Part shown: piece after piece, positions 18,967-29,400 of the stretch | Numbering within the stretch: position 1 is the first letter of the stretch | Layout of the letters: every line of letters begins with the position of its first letter | Source of the DNA: a virus | Taxonomy: Duplodnaviria > Caudoviricetes | DNA length: 64,000 nucleotides | Reading direction: 5' to 3' (one strand) | Virus record (IMG/VR): IMGVR_UViG_3300027419_000027 | Span: 16,039-80,038 of that record | Program-made: the position numbers and the translations under genes | Notes under the pieces: generated by a model | Databases searched by the model: none | What the model was told of the DNA's origin: nothing | What the model saw: only the letters and a program-made list of their open reading frames with translations

Positions 18967-21606
18967 ATGAGCGTAACGAAGCCACCGGCAGTAGATCCCG
19001 GCCCTCAGACCGAGATTTGGCAGCCGCAGATGATTTCGCCATACAACGCGGGCTGGTGGGCGACTCAGACTGTCTCGAATGTCCCAAAAGAGTCCGTTGG
19101 GTGGATGCTTGCAACCAGCTGGATAGTTACCGGCATCACTTACGACGAGACGGTAACGCCCAAAGAACCGTACTACGCGATGACGCGGCAGGGTGTGCAG
19201 ACATCGAACATCCTCTATTCTCTCCTGGACGCTTACACGACCGAGTACAACAAGGCGTTGGACGCAAACGCCACTCGCTACAATGACGTTCTTACCGGAT
19301 GGGTCAATCTTGTCAACGGTGCCTACGCCCACATGGATAACGAGGTGGCCGAGCAGAATGCCCATACGGTTCTGTTCCTCGCGTCCATGCACGACTACAT
19401 GGGCATCGTGGATACGATGATCGACGCGAACCAAAGCACTTTGGTGACGGAAGCTGAAGGTGCCTCAACAGCCTTGTCGGAACTCAACGTCAAGCTGGAC
19501 GACTTGGAGGCCAACGTAAACACCAACACGTCCACTATCGAAGGGTTGTTGAGCGATCAGGCTAATTATCTCAGCGAGTTCCTGATGGATTTCGCTGCGG
19601 AACTGGCTGAACTGGATACCAATTACGCCAATCACCTGGCCGACATCGAGCCGCTCCTGACAAACGCGACATCGCAACTGGCGACGTTTATTTCGGATCA
19701 GGCTACGGAACTGGCTGCATTGGAGGACGAACAGACAGATACCAGAGCGACCATCGAAACGCTACTTACCGGCGAAGCTACGTCGCTCGCTGAACATCTG
19801 GCAGACCACGCCGCCAAACTGGAAGAACCGGGTACGCATGGCGACACCACGCGAACGAACGTAGAGTCGCTGATCGACGACAAAACATCGGCACTGGCAG
19901 AATTCCTGACCGATTACGCCGCGGCAATCGCACTTCTGGCGACCGACTTCACAGATCACCAAGCTGATGCGCTTGGAAAGCAGACAGACGCCCTCGAGGC
20001 ACTGACCAACCATATCAGCGATTACGAAGACCAGTTGCTGATTCTGGAGGCCAACTATACGTCGCACGCGAGCGTTCTGGACGATCTGTTGGCGGCCGCG
20101 TCAACCAATGTGGGCACGTTCGTCACTGACGTGGGGGATCTACTGGAAATTCTTCTGTCCGACTATTCGACAGTGTCCGCAGATATTGACGACGTGCTGA
20201 CCAGCGCTATGTCTGCGTTTGAAGACCACAATGTCGACTACAGCGCGGTCTTGGAGTTACTGGAGTCGGACTACAACACGCACTCGCCGATAGCCACGGC
20301 GTTTCTGACCGACCTCGGCGTGACCGAATTAGCTCGAATCAACGAGAAGTTTGCGGCATCGCTATCAACGCAGCTTCAGCAGTTGACCGACCGCGGACTG
20401 TATTCGAGTGTCATCGCAACAGACATCACAGCCAGAAACACGCGGGATCTCAACGAAGAAATTGTTGCCCTGAACGATCGGTTGAACCGGGAAAAATGGG
20501 AAAATCAGCACCGACTGTACGGGCAGCAATTCGAGGTGCGGACTCGAACTCTGGACGGAAAGGACCGTTTGCACACAGTCCACCAGGAGATACTTCGCTA
20601 TAAGGCATCCCAGGTGACCGGCGTCTATGGACTGCTGCAAGAGGCGCGTAATCGCACGCTGGCCGGCAAGCAGGCGATCCTTGGCGCCCAGGACGCCAAT
20701 TCCCGGCTGGGAATCGAGGTTCAGTCAGGGCTCTATGCCAAGATGCAGGATGTCCGTGTGCGACTGCTTGAATCGGCCGACCGCGTCTACCAATTGCGAG
20801 ACGCTTTGACGAAATGGAGCACTGACGAATTGCATCGCATCTACGGCGAGCAGCTTCAGACTCGACTGAAGGCTGCCGATGCAGAAGATCGGCAACATGC
20901 GGTCGAACAGGAGGTTTCGGCGAGCATTGCAACCTACCGAATGCAGTTGCATGACCAGTTGATGAACGAGGTGCGGATCGTTCTGGATGGCCTGGACCGC
21001 GAACGGGCGGCGACTTCCGACGTAGCCAAACTCACGATCGGGACGCAGGAGCGACTATTCGCAGCGGTGCAGTCCGTTCTGGGCCAGCTACTCGACGGGA
21101 TCGAGAAGAAACACGGTTTGTCAGTGGACGTGTGGCGGGCCGAGGCGACCCAGCGGGACAGGCTTCTGGAGCAGATCCAGCAGATCGAGATGCAGCAGGC
21201 GGCTGGAGTCGAGAAACAGCACGCTGCCCAGCAGGATATTTCGCGGATTGCCATGGGCGAGCGTGACGCCCTGCTGGGACAGCTTCAGGACGCCGTCAAG
21301 GGCGTTCTGGATGGCAAGGCACGTTATTCCGACATGACGGTCCAGCACGCTTCGACGATGGCAGAACACCGCCACAGGGCGATTGTCGAGAAGATGAACG
21401 AAGCCGCCGTAAGGCTTTCCGGGCTGAGCGAAAAGCACGCCGAGGACATGAAGCTCATGGCGTACCAGTTCGATGCCCGTAATCAGCTCTACCTCGGGTT
21501 TTATGCTTACGTCGAGAGGCGAGAAGACGAGTACCCCGCGTTCGAGTCACTGACGCAGTTGGCGACCGGCTTGGCGGACTCCGGCGGTGGGTGGTTGACA
21601 CCATGA
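18967..21606 (+). CDS. Long helical internal virion protein with 36-aa periodicity
   Basis: Almost entirely helical. Y/F anchors (ATDF, EANY, LSDY, ESDY) fall exactly 36 aa apart. Confidence 0.6.
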   Translation: MSVTKPPAVDPGPQTEIWQPQMISPYNAGWWATQTVSNVPKESVGWMLATSWIVTGITYDETVTPKEPYYAMTRQGVQTSNILYSLLDAYTTEYNKALDANATRYNDVLTGWVNLVNGAYAHMDNEVAEQNAHTVLFLASMHDYMGIVDTMIDANQSTLVTEAEGASTALSELNVKLDDLEANVNTNTSTIEGLLSDQANYLSEFLMDFAAELAELDTNYANHLADIEPLLTNATSQLATFISDQATELAALEDEQTDTRATIETLLTGEATSLAEHLADHAAKLEEPGTHGDTTRTNVESLIDDKTSALAEFLTDYAAAIALLATDFTDHQADALGKQTDALEALTNHISDYEDQLLILEANYTSHASVLDDLLAAASTNVGTFVTDVGDLLEILLSDYSTVSADIDDVLTSAMSAFEDHNVDYSAVLELLESDYNTHSPIATAFLTDLGVTELARINEKFAASLSTQLQQLTDRGLYSSVIATDITARNTRDLNEEIVALNDRLNREKWENQHRLYGQQFEVRTRTLDGKDRLHTVHQEILRYKASQVTGVYGLLQEARNRTLAGKQAILGAQDANSRLGIEVQSGLYAKMQDVRVRLLESADRVYQLRDALTKWSTDELHRIYGEQLQTRLKAADAEDRQHAVEQEVSASIATYRMQLHDQLMNEVRIVLDGLDRERAATSDVAKLTIGTQERLFAAVQSVLGQLLDGIEKKHGLSVDVWRAEATQRDRLLEQIQQIEMQQAAGVEKQHAAQQDISRIAMGERDALLGQLQDAVKGVLDGKARYSDMTVQHASTMAEHRHRAIVEKMNEAAVRLSGLSEKHAEDMKLMAYQFDARNQLYLGFYAYVERREDEYPAFESLTQLATGLADSGGGWLTP

Positions 21607-21655
21607 TATAGGTATAACCCGTAACGATTACTAGCGTTTTCAAGGAGTATAACAG

Positions 21656-22177
21656 ATGTCGTTCGACAAGACGCCCACGAATTGGTTTGAGAGTTGGTCT
21701 GAAGACGGAACGTACATTACCGTTCCACTTGCAACCTTTCCAGAGATGTCTGCCGCGGACGCAGACGCAGCGACTGGCGATATTCGCAAGATCATGTTTG
21801 CGATTCTGGAGAAGTTCTACAGCGTTTACTTGGCGACGGCGACCGCTGATCGACCAGTCAAGCTGACGGTCACAAAGACCGCGACCGCAGACATGGTGCG
21901 TAGCGTGATCAAAAGCCGTTACGTATTCACCTGCGAGACGGATATTAGCGCACAGGAGGTTCGGGAAGAGTCATCGAGCAGTCCGTCCTCTTCGGTTTCG
22001 AATACCCCGTCTGCCACGCCATCCGCTACGGTTTCGAGTACACCGTCTGCTACGGTTTCGAGTACACCGTCTGCTACGCCTTCCGCGTCGGTGTCGAACA
22101 CGCCGTCGAGCACGCCGTCCTCGTCTGTTTCGAATACGCCTTCTGCAACGCCATCGAGTTCGCCGTCAGCCACATGA
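21656..22177 (+). CDS. Virion protein with Ser/Thr/Pro tail
   Basis: Tail SSSVSNTPSATPS...SPSAT, the same type as 10423-10983. Confidence 0.7.
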   Translation: MSFDKTPTNWFESWSEDGTYITVPLATFPEMSAADADAATGDIRKIMFAILEKFYSVYLATATADRPVKLTVTKTATADMVRSVIKSRYVFTCETDISAQEVREESSSSPSSSVSNTPSATPSATVSSTPSATVSSTPSATPSASVSNTPSSTPSSSVSNTPSATPSSSPSAT

Positions 22178-23313
22178 CATTCCGCAAACGTCGCAACCCA
22201 ACGCCCGGATTCAAACTCCCTCCACCGTATGAACCGCTGGAGGGAATCAGAGCACCGCTCAAGACAGAGGGTGTGTTTCCATACTGCGCCATGTACCAAG
22301 TGGCGGAAGAGGACACAGAAGACGACTACGTCCTCTGTCGCGGGTTCGACGTGCGCGTCAACAAGTTCATCGACTACGAGAAGGACAACCCGAACAAGCC
22401 CGGAATTCCCGTAGCGAAACCTTACGGACAGCGTGGCTCGGGGTGTTACTCGGTGGGGCAGATATTCGCGGCAATGTTGCCGCTCCAGACGCCCAACGCG
22501 AGTCCAACTGCCGTAGAGTGGCGGGTCGGGCAGAATCCTGGTGTAGCCGAAACGTCGACCGGGCATCCGACCGACCTGGAAGAAAAGGTTGACGAGCTGC
22601 ACACGGAGGAAAACAAGGCCATCAACTGGATGTTCATCCAGTCGCCTGGGATGCAGGTCATTGAAATTACGCACATCACACACACGAGCCCTTCCTTCGA
22701 CATGAAGAATTACGGTGTGTGTTTGGGCAAGTACGTCTCATTCGATACGGAATTGGAATGGAATGAGACGTATAAGAAGGGATCGGGAGAAATACTGAGC
22801 TACGTTCCTGACGACGATCTCGTCGAGGATGTCGAGAAGCGATACATCTTCATCGGTTTCGTTGACCAGAGCAAGGCTGGTGTTCCCGGCCAACGGTACT
22901 TCGCCATGCCGTACGGGACCAAGACGTGCGGAGAATTAACACGCCCGTTGGTCATGGTCGAAGGAGGGACGCCTGTGGCGTGCGTCCTGGCAGAGGACCA
23001 TCCTGGCTGCGGCGTGGTGTTCGATGTCTGGATTGCCCCGCGATGGGACATCGAAATGGACAGCAGTAACGGCGACTGGGATCTGAGTCATTCCACTGCA
23101 ATTTGGGACATCAAGGGTTGTGACGACGAAACCTACGGCGTGGTGAAGTTCAAGGCGATCGACAAGCGAAAGGGAGTTCCGGAGCCTTTGAAGTACGCGA
23201 CTGGTCTGTTTGCTCCGAGAGTGAGCAAGGCGTACGGAATTATCCTGGAAGTCATCGAACTCGACTGCGAGTCTCCAGGCGGCTGCTACTTCTGCGAGGA
23301 GCCAGTGGCATGA
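22174..23313 (+). CDS. Hypothetical virion protein
   Basis: ATGA-coupled, structural context. Confidence 0.6.
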   Translation: MTFRKRRNPTPGFKLPPPYEPLEGIRAPLKTEGVFPYCAMYQVAEEDTEDDYVLCRGFDVRVNKFIDYEKDNPNKPGIPVAKPYGQRGSGCYSVGQIFAAMLPLQTPNASPTAVEWRVGQNPGVAETSTGHPTDLEEKVDELHTEENKAINWMFIQSPGMQVIEITHITHTSPSFDMKNYGVCLGKYVSFDTELEWNETYKKGSGEILSYVPDDDLVEDVEKRYIFIGFVDQSKAGVPGQRYFAMPYGTKTCGELTRPLVMVEGGTPVACVLAEDHPGCGVVFDVWIAPRWDIEMDSSNGDWDLSHSTAIWDIKGCDDETYGVVKFKAIDKRKGVPEPLKYATGLFAPRVSKAYGIILEVIELDCESPGGCYFCEEPVA

Positions 23314-24407
23314 GCAGAAGATGTTGCTGCAAAGGTTGCGAAGTAGTCATCGACAACTTCGAGCGATACAACCCGGATGCTGTCGCCGGATGGACTGAAG
23401 AGGATGGCGATTCGTCTGTTGAAAATCTGAGGTTGGTCGTACCTGCTGGTGGCAAGATCATCAACAATACTCCGAACACTCGCGGCGGTCGGCAGGTAGT
23501 ATATGTTGATTTCTGGGATCCTCAGATAGGCGACATCTACCATATTTACGTCAACTCGCACAACAACGGAACTCCATCGCCTTACGTGGCGATCGAAGTG
23601 CTTTCGATCTCTGAGGCTGAAGTCACGTTGTACGCGTCTGATGATAGTGTAATCGAATCGCGAACTGTGATATGGGTAGGTTCCGCTGACAACGCTCTAT
23701 GCGAGAACGTAACTGTCTGCATCACAGAAGATTACTTCCTGTGCATCCTCGGTTCATGCGGAGATCCTACATCGCTGATCTGGACCGACCAATCGCCTTA
23801 TGACGCCGCCGGAAGATACGCAGGTCTTGGAAGCGGAGCCAATGAAATAGAATTCGACAATTTCGAGTTCTGGGCACACTTCTACGACGACCCGGAATGT
23901 CCAGAGTGCTTTTGCGTATGCTACGATCCGAACGGTGCAACGTGGAACGAGAAGGTAGCTGTCCCGCCGAAGGAACTAACGCTCACGTTCGTGAATACCA
24001 CGGGTGGATGCGTGACACTAGAGGGCAAGACGATCACGTTGACGTACCAATACCCAACAGAGACGTTTACGTCACCTCAGTGGAACAGCACAGACGATCC
24101 GTATGCGTTGCAGGCGTGTTTCAGTAACTGGTTTCAGGTACAGTTGACTTGTGCTGACTACCCATCGGGGTGTCAAAACTGGGAATTGTCGTGGCAGACG
24201 ACGTGCAACGATCATATCGAAGACGCCTACGATGTGCAGTTTGGGGTGAACCCTGAAATAAAGATCCCAAACATAGCGACTACGCCGTGCACCTGCGAGC
24301 CGTTATACCTACTGTACGGTCCGTGGGACTTGACGTGGGACGACATGCTGTGTGGATGTTGCGGAGGCGCCAACCCTGGAACGTACATGATAGAAATCAC
24401 GGAGTAG
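23310..24407 (+). CDS. Cys-rich virion protein (N-terminal CCC, lectin-like beta core)
   Basis: MSRRCCCKGC..., CPECFCVC, CGCCGG. Confidence 0.6.
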   Translation: MSRRCCCKGCEVVIDNFERYNPDAVAGWTEEDGDSSVENLRLVVPAGGKIINNTPNTRGGRQVVYVDFWDPQIGDIYHIYVNSHNNGTPSPYVAIEVLSISEAEVTLYASDDSVIESRTVIWVGSADNALCENVTVCITEDYFLCILGSCGDPTSLIWTDQSPYDAAGRYAGLGSGANEIEFDNFEFWAHFYDDPECPECFCVCYDPNGATWNEKVAVPPKELTLTFVNTTGGCVTLEGKTITLTYQYPTETFTSPQWNSTDDPYALQACFSNWFQVQLTCADYPSGCQNWELSWQTTCNDHIEDAYDVQFGVNPEIKIPNIATTPCTCEPLYLLYGPWDLTWDDMLCGCCGGANPGTYMIEITE

Positions 24408-24597
24408 TGTAGTATGCGTCAGTCCTGGCGTTGAAGTCAGCCAGCATATCGCGATTCCTCTCACGATACTCGGCCTGGACTTGTGACTCCTCATAAACGA
24501 CAAGCGACTGATAGGCTTTTGTACCCACGGATGCTATCACGACTACCCAGACTACTGCCAGAAAAAGAAGACAACTAAGGCGATTTTTTTTACTCAT
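24397..24597 (-). CDS. Small antisense membrane protein (66 aa)
   Basis: MSKKNR followed by a hydrophobic span LSCLLFLAVVWVVVIASVG. GGAG 6 nt upstream of the ATG. Confidence 0.45.
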   Translation of the reverse strand: MSKKNRLSCLLFLAVVWVVVIASVGTKAYQSLVVYEESQVQAEYRERNRDMLADFNARTDAYYTTP

Positions 24598-25072
24598 GGA
24601 AATCTCCAATAACTGCGAATGCAACATACATGGTGGAGGCTACTGCCAGCGGCACGGCGTCACGAAAAGTAAACGGCTGGTCGAGTTGTGCAATACCAAA
24701 ATTCGATACTGGCAGGCGTGGGAGGCTGGCAGAGGTCCACGGCAAGGGCAGTGGCCTCCGTTCGTCCAGCCGCCACCAGTAGTCGGCGGTCCAGGCACTG
24801 AACTGAAGGCAATTATAGCATGGTGGCAAAAGAGATTTCCATGGTTCGACCTGTCGCCAAGGAAAGGCTGCGGATGCTGGGCAACGGCAAAGCGGATGGA
24901 TCAGCTTGGACCTGACGGTTGCGAGAAGAACATGGACAAAATCCTCGACAAGCTGGAGTTTGAGGCGAGGCAGCGGAACCTGTCGATCCCCTTCCAGAGG
25001 TATTTTGCGAAGAAACTCGTGCGGCAGGCGATCCGCAGATCACGAAATAAGGAGCGAGTAAATGCCCATTAA
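24596..25072 (+). CDS. Cys-rich hypothetical protein
   Basis: CEC...CQRH...C, GPGTELK, GCGC, GPDGC. Confidence 0.65.
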   Translation: MEISNNCECNIHGGGYCQRHGVTKSKRLVELCNTKIRYWQAWEAGRGPRQGQWPPFVQPPPVVGGPGTELKAIIAWWQKRFPWFDLSPRKGCGCWATAKRMDQLGPDGCEKNMDKILDKLEFEARQRNLSIPFQRYFAKKLVRQAIRRSRNKERVNAH

Positions 25073-26471
25073 ATTCAAATACCAGCCGGCGGGTGCGATT
25101 GTTGGATTGGCTGCGTATGCGGCTGGGCAAAGCAAGGCGAGGGAGCGGGCCTTGTCTGGGGCCTTGTCTGGACGGCGATACCCTCGCACTTCACAGGCAG
25201 ACACGGAAGAAATCGGCGGCCGGTGGGTCGATCCGCTGGACCAATTCGAGGGTCCGGACGAGGCGTTGCAGCAGGCGAGGATTCAGCAGCGGGCCCAGAT
25301 GAAGGCTGTTGGCAGAGATCCTGGTCGGGCACAGCGATACGGTTCGAACAATCTGCTTCCTAGGTGGCAATCCGGCGCCCAGGTCAAACAGATACAGGAA
25401 GCTCAGAAGGAGGCGACCGAACAAGCGACCAAACAAGCGGGCGAAGTCCGGACGGATACTCGCGCGTGGCGCCGGGCGCAACTGTCGTCGATGTTCAGCG
25501 ACTTGCCAAAGATTCCAGAGCATACGGAAGGGGATGACCGACGCCGTCTGGAAGGTCTGCTGAGAGACATCAACAAGGCGCGATACTCCCGAGATCTCGA
25601 TCCGACAGACGACGACAAATTCGATCAAGTTGCTGCGTTGGTTAAGGAATATAATGAAGCGGTAGGTGCAGTTCCGCCGGCCAATCCGAATCAATACGGG
25701 TATGTGCTCAACCCAGAAACGAAGAAGCTGGAACCTGCTGGCGAGCAAATGGCGGAATATGAATGGAAACCTGGAATGACATCACCTGTGGAGACAGAGT
25801 GGTTCAGGAATAAGAGGGCGGAAGATGCGGCAAAGGCGGAACTGGACAGGACAAGGGCAGACGCGGCAGAAAAGGAACGAAAGGCCGCTGATGCGGCGGC
25901 ATTCAAAGAACGGAAGGATGTCATAAAAGGATACTATGACAAGTTAGTCCCAACCATAGGATCAAAGTCGACTGGTATAGGGCCTAAGCCACCGGCAACC
26001 ACTGCGGAAGCGATGGCTACGGCGACCCTACAGGCCGAAGAATATTTCAAGGCCACGTCGGCGGCTCCTGGCACACCGCCTGGTACGCCAGGAGCCGCTC
26101 CTGGTGGAAGCCCCGCGGCCCCTTCCGGCCCGGTACAAATGGGCCCAGATGGCATAGCAAGCCCGGCGCCCGAACCAATTACCCTTCAGCCAGCCCCGCC
26201 ATCGAACACGTACCCACAAGACGACGCACGGAGACCAGCGGAACCGACGTCGAATCCCGCAAGCCCAGCCACAGCGGTGCCTGCTGGGTCAAATGGCCAA
26301 CCTGTAGATCGGATTGTGCCGACGACGGCGGCGCCACCGCAAATAGCGACAGATCCGGGAAGGCGGTCAGGTAATTCATCGGCAGTCGATCGCGCCATCG
26401 CCGCGGCGCGTGCAGGCGACCAAGCCGCAAGGCGCTCTCTTGAAAGCAGGGGAATTCCATGGCAACAGTAG
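25062..26471 (+). CDS. Internal virion (ejection) protein, Q/A/P-rich
   Basis: Low-complexity helical and Pro-rich. Precedes the giant gene. Confidence 0.6.
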   Translation: MPIKFKYQPAGAIVGLAAYAAGQSKARERALSGALSGRRYPRTSQADTEEIGGRWVDPLDQFEGPDEALQQARIQQRAQMKAVGRDPGRAQRYGSNNLLPRWQSGAQVKQIQEAQKEATEQATKQAGEVRTDTRAWRRAQLSSMFSDLPKIPEHTEGDDRRRLEGLLRDINKARYSRDLDPTDDDKFDQVAALVKEYNEAVGAVPPANPNQYGYVLNPETKKLEPAGEQMAEYEWKPGMTSPVETEWFRNKRAEDAAKAELDRTRADAAEKERKAADAAAFKERKDVIKGYYDKLVPTIGSKSTGIGPKPPATTAEAMATATLQAEEYFKATSAAPGTPPGTPGAAPGGSPAAPSGPVQMGPDGIASPAPEPITLQPAPPSNTYPQDDARRPAEPTSNPASPATAVPAGSNGQPVDRIVPTTAAPPQIATDPGRRSGNSSAVDRAIAAARAGDQAARRSLESRGIPWQQ

Positions 26472-29400
26472 ACTGGGAATCGGAACTGACTGCCGAAGTT
26501 GGTCCACCTCTACAAGGCGGCCAATCGACAGCGATTGACTGGGAAGCGGAATTGGCCGCTGAACTCGGACCACCGCCCGTTCTCCGGGCTGAACCACAAC
26601 CGCAACAGCAACCCACTCCGCAGCAACCGGCTCCCGAACAGCCAGTGGCCAAAGTCGAGCAGGCATCGCTTGGTTCGTCCGCCATGTCGCCCCGAGAAGA
26701 ACCCCAGAAGCCGCCGCAAGTATTCGACTTTGAGGGAACCACTTACTCGGCACCGTCCGACTGGTCGCCTGAAACGATTTCCAGGTGGCTCAACAAATAC
26801 GCGATACCCGACACTCGCCGCAATCTGACCCGAGAACGTGCCGGAGGTCGATCCCAGTATTTCGATTCCGAACGCGAACAGAAACTCCGGACGTCAACGC
26901 CGGTTGGTCAGCAGGGGCTGAAGGAGTGGGCTGAGTACCTGTCGGGCGAGGACGCCGAGGGCAAGCCCATCGTCGTGAAGCCTGAAGATGTGACCCCACA
27001 GGCTATGGCCGAGGTCGTCAAGGCGTACAAGCAGCAAGCGGAAGAATCGGCCAAGGCGACAGACATTAACCCGGTGAAGATGCGAGAGCTTAACGAAGAC
27101 ATCGCGTCCCTGGAGCGGGATCTGGAGCGACGATGGCCAAACGAGACGACAGCCGAGAGCGTCAAGAGGCAAATCGTCGACAAGATGACCGACAAGGAGG
27201 TACTCGAAGGAGCGAAGAAGCGCGGCGCGAAGGAAAGAATCACGGCCGATGCCGCACGGCAGATGATCGTCGAGGAACGAGTCAAGGGCCGGACTCCGCA
27301 GCAGGTAGCTGCCGATGAGGCGATTCTGAATTCCAGGCCGGGATACGTCGCCAGGAAGAACCAGCCGAAGGAAGCGTTCTGGGCAGAGAACCTTTTGCGA
27401 GAATACCAGCAGAAATACGGAGACGAGATCCCTCGCGACAAGAAGCCTGCGTTCGACAACGCCAACAAAGCCTACGATGCGTGGCTGAAGAGCAGCCCCA
27501 ATGGCGCCGAGGAAGGATTCGACGACTGGAGACGGAGTGCAAAAAGTCGTTCGATACTGCACCCCGAGGAACAAAAGCAACTGGAGGAACAGAAGCGAGA
27601 TCCGCAAAATCGGCAACGCTACAACAACCTGTCGGAAGCGATGGTGGCTTACCACGCCTACAACACGGGCGACTTGGATGTCGTGCCCTATCTCTTGAAG
27701 CGGATCCCGTTTGCAGGAACGGCGGTCGAGGCTGCCGATCTTCTGTCGCTCCGCAATGCCGTCAAGAACATCGAAGCCAAAAAGGCGACCGATTCGGATT
27801 GGTTCACTCTTGCGGGGGCGATCGACGCTGCGGAAAAGAGCAAGGACAGAGGATTTGGCAGGAAAGTCTTCGATCTGGTATCGCAGCTTCCCGCGATGGG
27901 TGTTGAATTCACCATGACCGGCGGTGGATTCACGGCAGCGCGCGCCGGGGCCAGGAAGCTCGCCGCGCAAGTGCTTGGAAAGCAGCTTCTGCGTCGTGCG
28001 GTTCCCAGGATGGCCGTCAAGGCAGCCGGATTCGCGGCTGGCGTGGCTGGCCGAACAGCTCTCAATGCACCGCTGGTAGCGGCCAAGGTATCTGAGAAGT
28101 GGATGCCGGAATACGATCTGACGCGAGACGAGACTGGTCAGCTTACGGCTGCCATCACGGGTGACGATCCGTCCTTCCTGGAGGCCCTGGGAAAGGGATT
28201 TGGGGCAGCCTACATAGAGATGGGATCCGAGGAAGCCGGGCGCCTCATCGGGATCGGCGGCAAGGCCTTAGCACAAAGCGCGGTCGGTCAGGCGTTGGCA
28301 AAGATTCCGCTGGCCCAGCGTACCATGGCCTTGAAAGCCGCCGTGCTCAACCGTTTCCTTGCAAAGGGCGGCACTGCCGCAAAAGCCAGGGAGATCCTCG
28401 ACAAGGCCGGATGGAATGGCATGATCGGCGAGGTGTTCGAGGAACGTGTGGCGGACGTTGCTGGCGGTGTGACTGGTATCGAAAAGGACTATGGCACCAC
28501 AGGAAAATTGCTCGCCAATGATCCAGAGGGGTGGGAACAGTTGGGCGTCGAGGCGCTGTCGTTCTCGGCGATTCCCATTGGGCAGACCGTCTTGTCGGCC
28601 GCAGATGCTGCAATGGCGCCGAAGGATACCAGGGGGCCTGTCGCTACACGAGAACCGGTCAGTACGCCCAGGGCACAGACTGAATTGGAAAAGCTGCGTC
28701 AGATCGTGGCGAAAGGGTGGGTAACGGTTGAGGAGGCGAATGATGCCGGTCTGTCCGGTCAGAACCGAGGCTCGCGAAAGGCGGCAGTACAAGCACGCAT
28801 CCAACAACTCGAACAGGAGATTTCCGATGCCGAGAAAGTACCTAGCGATCAAGTCGTCCCTGAAGAAGCAGGGCAAGTCGGAGAACGAGTCCCAGCGGAT
28901 AGCCTCGGCGACATTCGTGGGCCAGGGCAAGAGCAAGTCGGAGCGCAGCCGGCGGGCGAAGTCGCTGAAACACAAGTAGAGCCCGAAACTCCGGACATCG
29001 CTGAATTGAAGCGAATGGATCCCAAGGAGATCGAACAGATGTGGCTGGCTACCTTCCCTGGCGGGGAGTTCATGCCAACCGACGTGGACGAACAGATTCA
29101 GCAGATCGCGAAGGCGTGGGGAGGCGAGAAACAGAAGACTACCCCGTCTGCTGCCGATTTGAACACCTTTGCCGATGAACTCGAACAGGAGAAACAAGAT
29201 GCCGAACTGGTGGCTGATCAACCTGGTGCGGTGGCTCCGGATGTGGGACCGCCCGCAGGACCAGTGGCCGATGGAACGGACAGTGCACTACCGATCGCAC
29301 CCGCCCCGAGCGTTTCGGAACCGGCGGATGTTGCAGCCCAACCCGAGGGACGGGAGGGAGTAGGGCAGGCAGGGAAGCATGAATTCTCGTCCACGCAAGT

